Assembly (NCBI GenBank): GCA_003693705.1
Contig: RBZT01000415.1
Coordinates: 62,001 to 126,000 of the forward strand
DNA length: 64,000 bases
Source of the DNA: Polymyxa betae A26-41
Lineage: Eukaryota > Protista > Endomyxa: Phytomyxea
Direction of reading: 5' to 3'
The notes beneath the pieces are model-generated. The model ran no database searches. It was not told the origin of the DNA and was given only the letters and a program-made list of their open reading frames with translations. The position numbers were made by a program, and so were the translations under genes. Below are positions 13,682 to 25,472 of this stretch, one piece after another. Numbering within the stretch: position 1 is the stretch's first letter; each line of letters begins with the position of its first letter.

Positions 13682-15890
13682 ATGATGTCATCGGGCAGAC
13701 ATACCATACCACCACGCCATAAGTCATCGAAAAAGTTAAAATCCAAACATAAACGCACTAAAACCATTCGAGATCCTGTGAGGTCTATGAACTATCATGA
13801 TAGTCATGGGACGTCGTTTCAGAATGCTATTGTCATCGATGATGACATGGTCCAGGTCAATTCTGATCCAACCCCCGTGATTATTGTTAGTAATGATGAT
13901 GATAATGATAACGTTGATGCAAAAGACAATGCTGACCAACAATTCTGTGCGACGTTAATGGACATTGATGAATCATATCAACATCTGATTGAAATCGACA
14001 ACAATGCCGGCTCTATAGAGCAAACAGATATAAAACCAATCATCCCTGAAGACTTAGGTGTTCAGGATTGGGATTTCGCTCTTCCAGAAAATGAACATCC
14101 TGATCCGCACATTGGTAGTTCTCATCAAGGACCGACTGATGAAGACGGTAAAGAACCGAGTCCTGAACAGATTTATATCGACGAGATAAGGACTACAGAA
14201 CAGGAAGGAACAAACGAGCACAGCCCTAAACAACTAGATTGTGAAATTGGTAAGGGCTAGATTCACATTGACATTCCAATTTTGGTTCATAGAACTAGTT
14301 CCCAATTCCCATGATTTACCTAAGTTTCAATATTTTACTGAATGTCAGCATTTTGCATCATGAATAATCAGCGTAGTATTGATTTGGTTGTTTTTGGGTC
14401 GCTAGAACATGTATGTCTCAATTTGTTGCACTTATGTGCTTGATGACAAATTAGATCGTTTTTGTTTAAGCTTTCCATTTATGTTGACATTGTTCCAGTT
14501 AGGCGTGTCCTGGAGACTTCAATGCCACAATATGGTGCTTTTTCGCAACAGACCGGCCAGCATGAGATTTGCATCTTTACAAATCTTGAGACGCCCTGGT
14601 ATTTCGGATTTGTTCTTGAATTGCCGACATCGTTCACTCTTTTGTTTGGCTGTCGTGATTCAAACAAAGAAGACGTTGCTTTTACAGTGAACGCTTTATT
14701 CATAAAGGCGTCTTTTACAGCAATGAAGCTGGGCAGTCTGCCTGTCATTGACAAACTGTCGCTGCTGAGTCCTTTGCTAGGCCATGTTCTTGGACATTAC
14801 GACTTCGTATTCCAAGATGAAGACTCTGCTCGATATCAGACAGCGAAATTCATCGAAGCTGTTGAGATTTTGATTGATTTCCTATCCGTCGAAGACGAGA
14901 TGATCAAAGGCGACAACCAGGATCAGCCAATGAAAGAGTACTTCATATCAAGAAGGCGTGCTCCATCGATACATTCTGCATGCAAGATCTGTAATTGCTC
15001 TGTACCAAATCCGAATCATTATAACGAACACGAACGCGAAATCTGGGCGGGATTATCGCTAGACCAGCGAGATCAGGTATTTGATTTAGCGAGCGATCGC
15101 CGACGACGAATTCGCTCCAGTGTCTCCACCATGAATTATACCGCTATTGGAAGCTCTAGATCATCAATTAATCGCATCACGAGTAGCATTCGTTATTTAA
15201 TGTAATTTCTCGCTTCTAAGAAGCAGCTTTTGCGTTCAACTTCAACCCGATACGGCGATACCCCTTCGAAAAATCACAAAAAATTGCGAAACAAATTGGT
15301 ATTTTGCGCACCAAATTCCAAGATGACAAGAGAAAATTGAAGATCATCTGCGCCGCGAGTTTGTTTTGTGATGTCATGGCCAAGATCTGGCGTACCCTGA
15401 ATGCCTCTTGGCTAGAGGCTTCAGAGCGGCTCGGATCTGCAAGTCGCCAACTTGTCGACAATCTCGACAGCCTGGACGCCTTAATTAAGGCCCCTGGTCT
15501 CCGTAAGATTATTTACTCTCGTGTCCGATTTGCTGAGCGAATTCCCCAGTTTCGTCACTGTCATCCATTACGAAATTATACGAACACCAGATCGTTGCTC
15601 ATGCCCAGCAGATCCATCTGCTGGTCGTACTGGTGTCTGGCCTCGTCCAAGACACCTTACTATCATTAACCGCCGATTTGGAACGTCTTGTGGAACGTCA
15701 TCGTCACACCATCAGAATCCACGCTATCCTGCAATCGCTACTCTGTTTATATTCGGCTGAATATGTGAGATTGTCGCTTGTCATTCATGAGCTGCAACGT
15801 GCGGTTCGTGTTGATAAGAATTGGGCCCGAGCTTCTGTCTTTGCTGTCAAACTGCAATCGTCATTGGAGCAGTCGCGAGAATTTAGTTAG
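13682..15890 (+). CDS. Hypothetical multi-exon protein, probably nuclear; boundaries approximate
   Basis: Successive long + strand ORFs separated by short GT-AG introns. Contains a basic NLS-like run (RHKSSKKLKSKHKRTK), an acidic disordered region and a CKIC-x9-H-x3-H zinc-finger-like motif. No family recognised. Confidence 0.55.
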
Positions 15891-16206
15891 TTTGTGCCTG
15901 AAATCAGTGTAGTTTGGAATTAATTTGTTTAGAGCAGCTACTCGTGGAGCTGTCGGACGTCGACTCATAAAAACTTCATCATTGATTCGATGCTGCCTTC
16001 TGTCTTTGCTCATTTTGTCTTTATATGTTATCAGTTTTAACAACGATGTTTTTATGCAGTCGTAATCGTAACTAATCCATTGCTCTGCCAGAATTGCTAA
16101 CCCTCAGTATATTTTCCAATCCTATGCTTTTAGAAATCAATCGTTTGGATCTTTCTTGTTGTTGAAGTTTCAGCACAGAGTCTCTTTTGGTAATGTAGCG
16201 CCACTT

Positions 16207-17614
16207 CTATTCGTCGTTTGCACTCGTCGCTTCCGCCTCGTACTTCTCCGAATTCAGGCCAATCCAGAAGTTCAATACCTCGACCCAGAGATCCCGTGTT
16301 CTCACATTAACTGCTTCCAGCTCAATTACACGCTGTTTCGCCACAATTCGAAACCGCTTTTCGCCCGTTTTTTCAACCCATGCGAGATCGGCCATTGCGA
16401 CTTGGCCTTTGATCCGACCTCTGGCTTCATCCTTCCACTGCAGCAGGGTCATGTCTGCCGTACAGGCCACTTTTCTCGGTAAGGCAGTTCCATGTTTTAA
16501 TTTGCGGAACACGTCACCAGCTATGAGCAAATCTTCACAGCGTTCCCTCCGTCTCCTCAGCTTCTGACGTTCGTCAGTCTTGCGCAGGCGGATATCGCGC
16601 TGGATCTGACGCTCGATTTTACGATCGTGAACCCATCTGATGGCAGCAGACCATATCGTCATCTGCGTGCCATCCGCCGCCTCTAACGTCAGCGTTCTTC
16701 TACTCGCGACGATATTTATACGTAGTTGAGCAGCATCAATAGCCACATGCTGGATTGAGGCGACGCGAATAAATCCGCAAACATCGTTGGCGTCGTCCGG
16801 CCGCCCCCAGATGAGTTTGTCAAAATCTGGCGAGCACCAAATACGCCGCCTTGACGCCGTCGTATTTTTTATCTTCTTGAAAATCTGTCCTCGTTGCAGG
16901 AGTTTTTCATATTCCGGCTCTGGTTCGTCCTGTGGACGATGAGCTTTTTGAATTTTTTGTAAATGCCGAAGCCATATGGTCAAAGTCTCTGCCTCGCCGA
17001 AATCGATAAGAAAATGATGATGCTGTCCCCGGTCAGCGATGCTGATGACGTTAGTCGCCTGCTGCCGAATCACAGTTCGTGGATTGGCGACATTGATTGA
17101 GAATTCAGGCATCTGATCCTGTGCAGCAGAATTCAGCGATGAGCTCCATTCACAGATCAGTTTGCCGAACCGCATTGTCTGGGTAGCAATGGATCTCGTT
17201 TCCGTTCAGAACGAAATACCGATTAACCCATTGCTCCTGGTATAGGTAAGCACATCGTATCCGGACGCGACATTCCTCATGCGTCGATACCGGCGACGAT
17301 ACTTTGGATTCAAACGGATCGCTTTTGTTCGATGATAATACGACCGATTCTGTATCGGTATCATCTGATGATTGCGAAGCCGGCGGCCGTACCAGCCCGC
17401 GCAAGGCGTCGATGTGGCGGCGGGCGCGCAGACGATCGTTACCCGGGCGGAAGATTGCCAGAAGGTCCAGAAGCTCGCTCCGGTTGCATCGACGAATGGA
17501 ATCAAGATCGTCATAGCCCTGTTTGATGAGGTCGTCTGTGTAATGGACCAGGCGGCCTTGGGTTAGCCATGCTCGGATCTCGTCTACTGCATCCTGGTAG
17601 GACCAAGCCGCCAT
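16207..17614 (-). CDS. SAM-domain plus three PH-domain protein; 2 exons
   Basis: The N-terminal IRAWLTQGRLVHYTDDLIKQGYDDLDSI..PGNDRLRARRHIDAL is SAM-like. A 52-nt intron (GTTCGG...GCACAG, ~17119-17170) joins the two ORFs in frame. Three PH repeats each end in a Trp helix (TIWLRHL, TIWSAAI, DLWVEVL). Confidence 0.8.
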
Positions 17615-18285
17615 GACACCCCGGATGGCAACATTCGCGATTGTCAGCCAAGATATTTTTGGTTCTACATTGTACCATCGTGCGATCGAGTTGGTGTGTG
17701 AGTTAGTGAGAATTCGGCAATCGGCGAAATGAGCGATAAGGATGTTTTTATAAATAAAGCCTGTAAACAAGTATAAAAAGCACCTTTCTATATTACCGGT
17801 ACTCTTTTTATATCATTTTCATTTGTGGCTATTAAAGAGCTAAATGATTCAACTTCTGTTGCCACTACATTAAACAGCATTTCCGATTTATGATGACTGT
17901 TTGTTCCTGAATTGCCCTAATACCTATCACTTTACTGTTAAGCAGTGCACTGTTTTGCTATGATATTACCGGCCGATTGACATTTATCTCGCAATAGAAA
18001 CGACGATAAGACTACGATTGCACTGACAAACCTGGTTAGAGTTCATCTACTTTACGTTGGAATAAAATCGTCTGGTTAGTTGAATACAATCAACGGGTGG
18101 TGCTGTCACCTTCAGCACAAAGCCATTTGCGGGTTCCGGCTAAATCCAGAACTATCGCCTGTCGGGAATACAACCCGTAACCTTTGATATTTTTACCTTA
18201 CAAACAGGCCTGACTTGGTGGCGAAGATGCCAACCATATGGAATTGTCCAGAGAACAACAAATACGAAGTGACCAGGATACTTAA

Positions 18286-18365
18286 AGCCAGCCCATTGGA
18301 GCCAACCCATTGGATTGCATGAAAAGCCAACCCATTGGTTTGCATGAAAAGCCAACCTATTGAAG
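18286..18365. repeat. Short 25-nt-period tandem repeat in a divergent promoter
   Basis: AGCCAACCCATTGG(A/T)TTGCATGAAA x2 (18300-18349) with partial copies on both sides. Confidence 0.85.
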
Positions 18366-18534
18366 TCGACTAAACAGTGAGAGAATGAGGTCAAATGATA
18401 GCCCTACCTAGGGGTTGATGCGACTGTGGACTGGGGTCTGAGCGAGTGAGAGGGTTCCGCCGCCCTGTCTGTCGTCCTTCCTGTCATTGAATCCATTCTG
18501 TACTTCAACAATTGTCAGAGTCTGCTGTTAATCT

Positions 18535-20339
18535 ATGGGCTCGATTCAGATCCCGGATGAAGCTGTCGATCTGTTATCTGAGATTTGGCACCATCTAGGA
18601 CTCATCGACCAGCAGCGCAATGAGGCTTTTGATGGTCTTAAGGCGAATCTTTCCGATTTCGTTCTGGTACCGATAGCGTTTGTCACTTCAGATTATAAAG
18701 CCTGATTTTGACTTAGAAATTTATCGAACAACAGCAGCATCGTGTTGAGGATACGAAGTTGAGAATAGAAACTACCCAGCAATGGATTTCGAAAATGTCG
18801 AAAGCACTTGGCGAAGTAGAGCCTCCCGGTATCGATAATCAATCTACATTATTACAACAACTTTGTCTGTTACAAGATCGACAAAATCTGATTGAGAAAC
18901 GGACAGCAGCCATGACCGATTTAATGGAGAAGAAACTAACCGAGCTGAAACTCATCTATCGGCAGCTTGATGTGGAACTGTCCGAAGAGTTTGCAGTGGT
19001 TGGCGATACTGACCTGACAAATTCGCGGCTGAGCTACATCGAAGCCGCTCTGGATCAAGCTCGTCAGGAGCGTAACTCTCGCCATGCGAAAATGGCAAAA
19101 TTGCTTTCAGCTGCGAACCTACTTGCGAAACAGCTTGAAGAGCCCGCCGTCAAAATCGACGGAATAACGCCAGAAGATTTAAATGCTGCCGAAGAGAAGC
19201 TAAATGAGCTGCAGAAGGCGTTGTCGGAGAAATCGCAGAAGCTTAACGAAGTTCGTGCTCGTGTTCAGAAACTATGGACGGATCTGCAAAAGAACGACGA
19301 ATATGTTTCGTTTTTTACCAATTGCCTGAGTGGAAATATTGCCACTGACTTACGTTTGACTGAAAGCGAGCTGGGGCGATTGAATCAGCAATATGCTCTA
19401 TCGTTGCCAAAACTAATCGAAGCTTGTTTCGAACGTATTCGGGCACTACGTGGTGAACTACGACACCAAGGTGTCGATGATGAAGCAAATTGCAACCAGC
19501 CACCAACTGAAGCGCTATTACAAGCGTTAGAGAAAGAAGAATTGTCGCTGAGGGCTGAACTTGAAGTAATGCGTCCAATACTGCAGCAAGTTTCGAAATG
19601 GGAAAAATTACGAGTGGAATTAATGGAAGGACTTGAGGAGGCTAGCACCTATGCGAAAGATCCGAATCGGTACCATGGCCGACAAGCGTTCAAAATGCTA
19701 AAGAAAGAGGAAGATCTACGCCGCTTGGAGAACAAAACCCTACCTCGTATCCAAGAGAAACTATTATCTGTGGTTCAGAACTGGGAGCGCGAGCATAGTC
19801 GTACTTTAACGATTGATGGGAAGCCATTTCTGACAACTTTGAAGGAGTTGTCATGCACCAGCGGCAAAGAAAACAGTTTTGGGACGCCAAATGCGTCTCC
19901 GTCTGTTGCCAAGACGCCGGTCCAGACCCCTGGATTAATTCGACGTGCGTCTCTAAATTCAGCCAGCAGAAAAGTTGCATCAACGCCTGATTCTGTTCCA
20001 CGCCCACGTCGATTGCGGGTTTCTGGTGTTCCAGAAATCGGGCGAACCTCTCCGTCGATGCAAGATCGCCTCGCCAAAGTTTTAGAACACGCTGATTCAG
20101 CCTTAAAAACACCAAAGAATGGTTGCTCTCAAGATGATGTTTTGCCTTCGATATCTCAAGCAATCGAAGATTTGGAGGCTGCGGATCCTTCAACAAGGAT
20201 GAAGCATGCTGATGCACTTTCTGATCTCTACCATAAGAGAGCTGTTATATACACTCATTTAGGTGACTACGATAACTCAATTAGAGATTCAGAGGCGGCC
20301 CAGGCTGCTCTGTCTTGGGGGCGAAATGTGATAAATTAA
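18535..20339 (+). CDS. MAP65/Ase1/PRC1 microtubule cross-linker with C-terminal TPR-like motif; 2 exons
   Basis: Long coiled-coil rod and the family core DPNRYHGRQAFKMLKKEEDLRRLENKTLPRIQEKLLSVVQNWEREHSRTLTIDGKPFL, followed by an S/T-P-rich tail. Intron ~18667-18716. Confidence 0.88.
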
Positions 20340-20454
20340 TTTTTCGCGATGGATTAGAGATATTGGTTCTGTGACTCAACTACGTTTAGCATGCTCTGTT
20401 GTTTAATGCAAACTAGCAAGGCGTGCGACAATTAGAGAAAAAGCAGACAGCATC

Positions 20455-21082
20455 ATGGGTCTTGAAGGCACTTTATTACCTACCAGGTTTTTGACGATGA
20501 CGATTCATTTGATGACCGCGACAATGATTTTTTACACCAAAGTGCGATTCTGAGTAGTATCTCAAATCGAAGTCATTTCTGTCTGAGCTTAGTTCAGGAT
20601 AAAAATCTATTGGCAGCACTTCCCACATCATACACTGCTGATCAGTACAACCGTATAGACTCTGAGTAGCTCAACAAAAAAGATTCTAAACCTGTAATTG
20701 AAATATTCAACCTAGATTACGGATTGCACTGTGGTTTGCAGTCGCTTGCTTTTTGATCGAGTATTCGGGTGTTTTCCTTGGCTTGTCAATCAGGAAACAC
20801 GTACATAATACGTTTAGTAAGTGATCGGTTTTCATTTCCTTGGATTGGCAAGAAATCTGTTCCAGGCATCAGCTTGCATCTATTCGGGGCGATACTTCTG
20901 GCATGGTTCATTTTGGAATCATGGCATTACCAGTCGTTTTGGTATATCATGGTCTTATGCAGGTAGCAATAATTTAGACAGAAATTTCGTAAATTGAGCA
21001 TTCTGCCAGTGTAATTCCTGCGTTAACTGAGCTGTCCAACGTGATTATCGTAATTTATCGAGGAAATATCCAGTATTTATAA
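20455..21082 (+). CDS. TMEM107: Ciliary transition-zone membrane protein TMEM107; 5 exons
   Basis: The spliced product MGLEGTLLPTRFLTMTIHL...DKNLLAALPTSYTADQYNRIDSELRIAL...SLHLFGAILLAWFILESWHYQSFWYIMVLCSVIPALTE is colinear with the TMEM107 family as I recall it (LVPSRFLT..H, W....YWYIF..CS.LPA.TE). Confidence 0.88.
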
Positions 21083-21120
21083 CAGAGGAATAGATTAATG
21101 ATAGACCCAATACTAAGCAT

Positions 21121-24100
21121 TTACAAAATTTCCATCGCTGAGTCGTCAGCAAATGTGCTTGGTGGTACCGATAGCAAGTCTGTTGCAGTTTTTGGCTCAT
21201 CCGGTTTTTTCGCAGGACGTTTTTTCTGTTTGATTGAAAACTGCTGTTCGTGTGTTCTCTTTTGCCTTGTCAAAGCAGCAGCTCTCCTGGCAGAATTCGG
21301 CAGTTTTGTTAGAACCTTGTCCGCAAGGATTTCTTTATCTCTCAGCAGACAATCTGAGCTTAATGGCTTGGGAGTTGCAGTACCAAACGCAGAGGCGTAT
21401 ACACTCCATATATGATGGCGGAAACCTTCTGAGTTTTGAGCGTTTGCGCTAATCAGCAGACGCCAAATCGCATCAAGCGCGGGCCTGCTCCCGACATCTT
21501 CGTAAGCTTCAAACGCAGAGTACGGTTCCGATGACTTTTGCGATTCGATAGAAACTTGAGACCACACCGACGCCCAAGTTTCCGCCATCCTGTATCTCAT
21601 CGACAATGATGTCTGCTTGTCAATCACATCTGCAATGGCAACAGCCAGTTCAGGTTTGTAAACAGCAACTCGGGCTGAGGCGTTAATAGAGGTGACTTGG
21701 ACGTTGGCTGGATGAGGAGAACCCGAATACGATAACAGATCGAACTGAAATTCAGGCCCTTTAGCAGTTTTATCCGCTTGAGAAGCGGCTTCCACAGGAT
21801 CGAATTCAGGAGCGACGACGACAGATGAATCCATGGGATTCTTTGTAGGCAGTTTCTGCTTCTTTAGACGAGACACTTGAATGGTTGCGATTGCTTTTAA
21901 ACAGGCGCATGTCACAATTCGATTATAAGATGGGAAGAGCTGCTCAGAATCCAAGAAACGAAAGACTTCTTTCTGGATTCGGTCGCAATATTCGGCATCA
22001 GTTGTGTAAACACGCGATAACGATTCAATCAGGGTTCCGATGTAATATGCATCGCTGTAGTAATTCTGAGAGCTGTCGTTGTACTTGAGCAAATCGATAA
22101 GAATATCCATCGCAGCGAATGGGGATCGCGATCCGTAACCAGGAACGCGAACAGTAGATAGGGCTTCAATAACGCCCCGTATCACAAGATACTCAGAAAA
22201 GTCACTAAAATCGCTCGGTTCAACGAGCTGCCGATCTGGCGCACTATACAATCGCGATTTCAGGAATTCTATCAACACCGAGAGCTGACGATCGGTGCTG
22301 GAGAGTTTACGGGGTCTCGAGCACAGGGCCAGCTGCTGAGCGGCCACGATCCGTACTTGATGAAAATACTCGCTATTTTCTAGGCAAGATCTTAGCCCGT
22401 TGAAAGCCATCAGTGTCTGTAAAGGATCCTTCTCCTTTCCTCGAGCTGCACTGATAACACCCTGTAAGAACCAATCAGCAAGGAACAAGGAAAAACGTAA
22501 TATCGCATTACTTTCAACAACGTACGACCAAGGCAGACGGCGCCTTCCATTTGTGCAATGATATCGGGAGATTGGCGAAGTTCAAGATCCGCCCATAGTG
22601 GAAGTTGATCTAAAGTTAAACCGCGAATCCAGCCAAATTTCGGATCGATACGGACCCATCGAACTAAAATGAAAGAAAACATTCTTAAAGACTCCTCCCA
22701 AGTACAACATGAAAATTACCAGGCGTATCATTCTTGAGTTTTTTGCCCAATTTGTTCTCTGTATTTTCTTCAACATCAGAGGCATCGTCGCCTTCCATCA
22801 TTTCTTCTTCGCTAAAACCGAGTTAGTCGACGATTGCGGATATAAAAGAAGAAACAGTGAACCCGTTGGAGAGATCTTCATCGTCTCCATCTTCGCCAAT
22901 CTCAGTACTGAAGCGTTTTCGATTTTTTCGGACTTTGGAGTGGCACGAAAATACGAATGATTCGACATGAGAATCCATCCGACTTTCATGCTCGTACACT
23001 TGTTGGTCAGTTTCGTAAATGTAAACCTAAATCCGGTACTTGATCGAAATCCAAAACTAAGTTGCAGAATACACAATACTTTCAATATTCCATGCATAAT
23101 AACTCCGACTTGCTCGATACGAAGTTTACAGGCACTCTTCTTCCGTTCGAACTGGGACTGAACTTTAAGAACAGGGCATCGAACTCCGTTGATCCATCGA
23201 TCGCAGAAATCGTCGAGATTAAGAGCTGATCGATGGCGACACAGCTTTAGAAGACGTTTCGTGCTGATACCACGAGCACTTCCACTGGAACTCTTGTCGG
23301 CGGCCAACTCTGCACAAAATACTGAACAAAGCGAAGACATAATCTCCAATCATACGATGAGCAGAAGGTGTTTCGCCATCAGCAGCTTCTATAACCATGG
23401 CAGATGTTTCACCAGGGGCGTCATTATCTTCCAAAAGCTGGCGAATGATATCGCGAAATGGTGCTTCGCCGATAAGATCCGACAGCATATGCATCACCAG
23501 AGATGATTTCCAGCGGAAATGACGACAGTGGATTTCAGAAGGATGCCCTAATAATCGCCGTTAGATGAGCTGAAGAGGCCAACAGGATCGATGGACATGC
23601 CATATCGTTCCGATGATAGAGGAAAAGTCCATGGAAGAAAGGAATAGTCGACGACCGATTCCATCATCTGCACCCGCTGCAGACGTCTTTCATTGCGCCC
23701 AAAAGCACTCTCGATGAACATAGCGACAAGATACCCGACCAGAGCCTAATAGGGCATAAAGAACATCACCAAACACGATCAATATCAGCAAACGGAAACA
23801 AACACTAGAAGTGATCTCACGAAAAAAAATGTAGAGCAAACAAGCATGAGCAAACCTCAATGATCCAGTGATCGGACACGGTCCTTGTTTGAATGAGATG
23901 AGTGATCCAAGATCGTGCAATGCCTTGAAAGCAAACATTTGATTAATGCGACAGAGAGTGTGAGAGTTATCACCTTCAGCAATCAGCTTTCTAGTCATCC
24001 AAGTCTGATCGATGATGATATCGGAGTGTAACAGATCCGCATTCAGAAACGTGACATTCGAAAACGATTGCACATCAGTCATGGTTCGATCGATAAATAT

Positions 24101-25472
24101 TTGAGTATAACTGGACAGAGGATATGGATGGCCCAAATATGTGGCGAACACATTAAACGCCTCGCTCGTGCACGACACCTATCAGCAGGAACTTAACGCC
24201 CACCAATCAATCCATTCCGACAACTAACATTACAGTATGGAGAAGATCATCACGAGATGCAAATCCGGATACGACGGCATGGGAAACTTGAACGGCGCCA
24301 TTCAAGGCTGAATCGGTAACAACGACGAATTCGCCCACGACAAACGTCAAATTCCGAGCAAGGACTGGATCATGAATCTCGTAATAAAACGTATGCTTGG
24401 TCTGGCTATCATTCGCGGCCGCTTTATTCGCAAAGCGTCCAGGACAGAACACCTGATATATCGCCGGTACAGTGATATCAATATCAAAAGTACATCGTTC
24501 CCACTGATCAACTTGATTCAGCAAGGTAATCGCAATCAACGATGCGGGAGTACGTGAGAGAGGCGGCATGGAAACCATGTCGATGCGTTCGCGTACTCAG
24601 TCAGAGCAAGCGCTGACCAGGACGTCCGCGAAGAATTCTCGGATGGCGGCACGAACTCAACGCCCGCTTGCGGCTGATTTATGACATAGTGGATCGTAAC
24701 GATCACAGGTGCATTCAGTTGGTCCAGTCCGTCAGGTTCCAAATCGGCAGCGTTCGTCTGTGTGAGCTTCTTACTGATAGCGATCTGAACGGAAACGGAA
24801 CGACTTTAGTGGTTCAAATGTGCCATAAATTGATTAACTTGCCGATTCCGGGATGAAAATGCAAAGTTCACCCTGATCTAACCAGTCAAGACGCGAGTTA
24901 TAGGCGAGATCACAGGCATCAAGACTTCGAAGGTTAGTGACATCGGGTGGCCTCAGAAGGAAATTAGTCTCGGGCAGAGAAATCGGTTCGGGCGTTTTCT
25001 GTAAAAACTTGTTCAGAATTTTTTTTCAAAACGTCTTCATCGGTGAGTTCAGAGGCACTTTAAAATCGACAAAACATATTGATATAAAGCGAATTTAATG
25101 AGAAATAATCAGACAAAGTTGTGCTTGATCAGAACTGAATATTTCTGGAAACATGAAAACAGAAAAAAGTCATGGCTCAAAACGCACATCTGAGGCGTCA
25201 AATGTTCGAAGCCAAAACATGGCCTCGACACCTTCAACTTCAACGCTTTTGATTTCGATCTGCTTCGTGCAGTTCAGGTAGAGGCGGCGATGTTGTGGTG
25301 CCACATTCGGCTGATTCTTCCTGGATTTGGCGTCGAGGTTTGGATCGGTATTATGGGCGATGGCCGCCAAGACAGCAACAGCTGTGATCCGACGGCGGGG
25401 TGGATCGATGTCGGCCGAGATTCTCTCATGAAAAATCTCCCAATCACAAACGGAGCCCAGGACACACGACAT
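21121..25472 (-). CDS. TAF2: TFIID subunit 2 (aminopeptidase-like fold); multi-exon
   Basis: Motifs ASTWFPC, WERCTFDIDITVP, YTQIFID, RWVRIDP, DIIAQMEG, YFHQVR, DFSDFSEYLV, LKYNDSSQNYYSDAYYI, LFPSYNRIVTCACL. Confidence 0.9.

Noticed and set aside
16072-16209. About 44 open codons after the SAM-PH stop (readthrough?)
   Set aside because: TAG-A is not a strong readthrough context, the extension has no motif, and the length is plausible by chance.
17119-17175. Overlapping minus-strand ORFs suggesting a programmed frameshift
   Set aside because: A 52-nt GT-AG intron joins them in frame.
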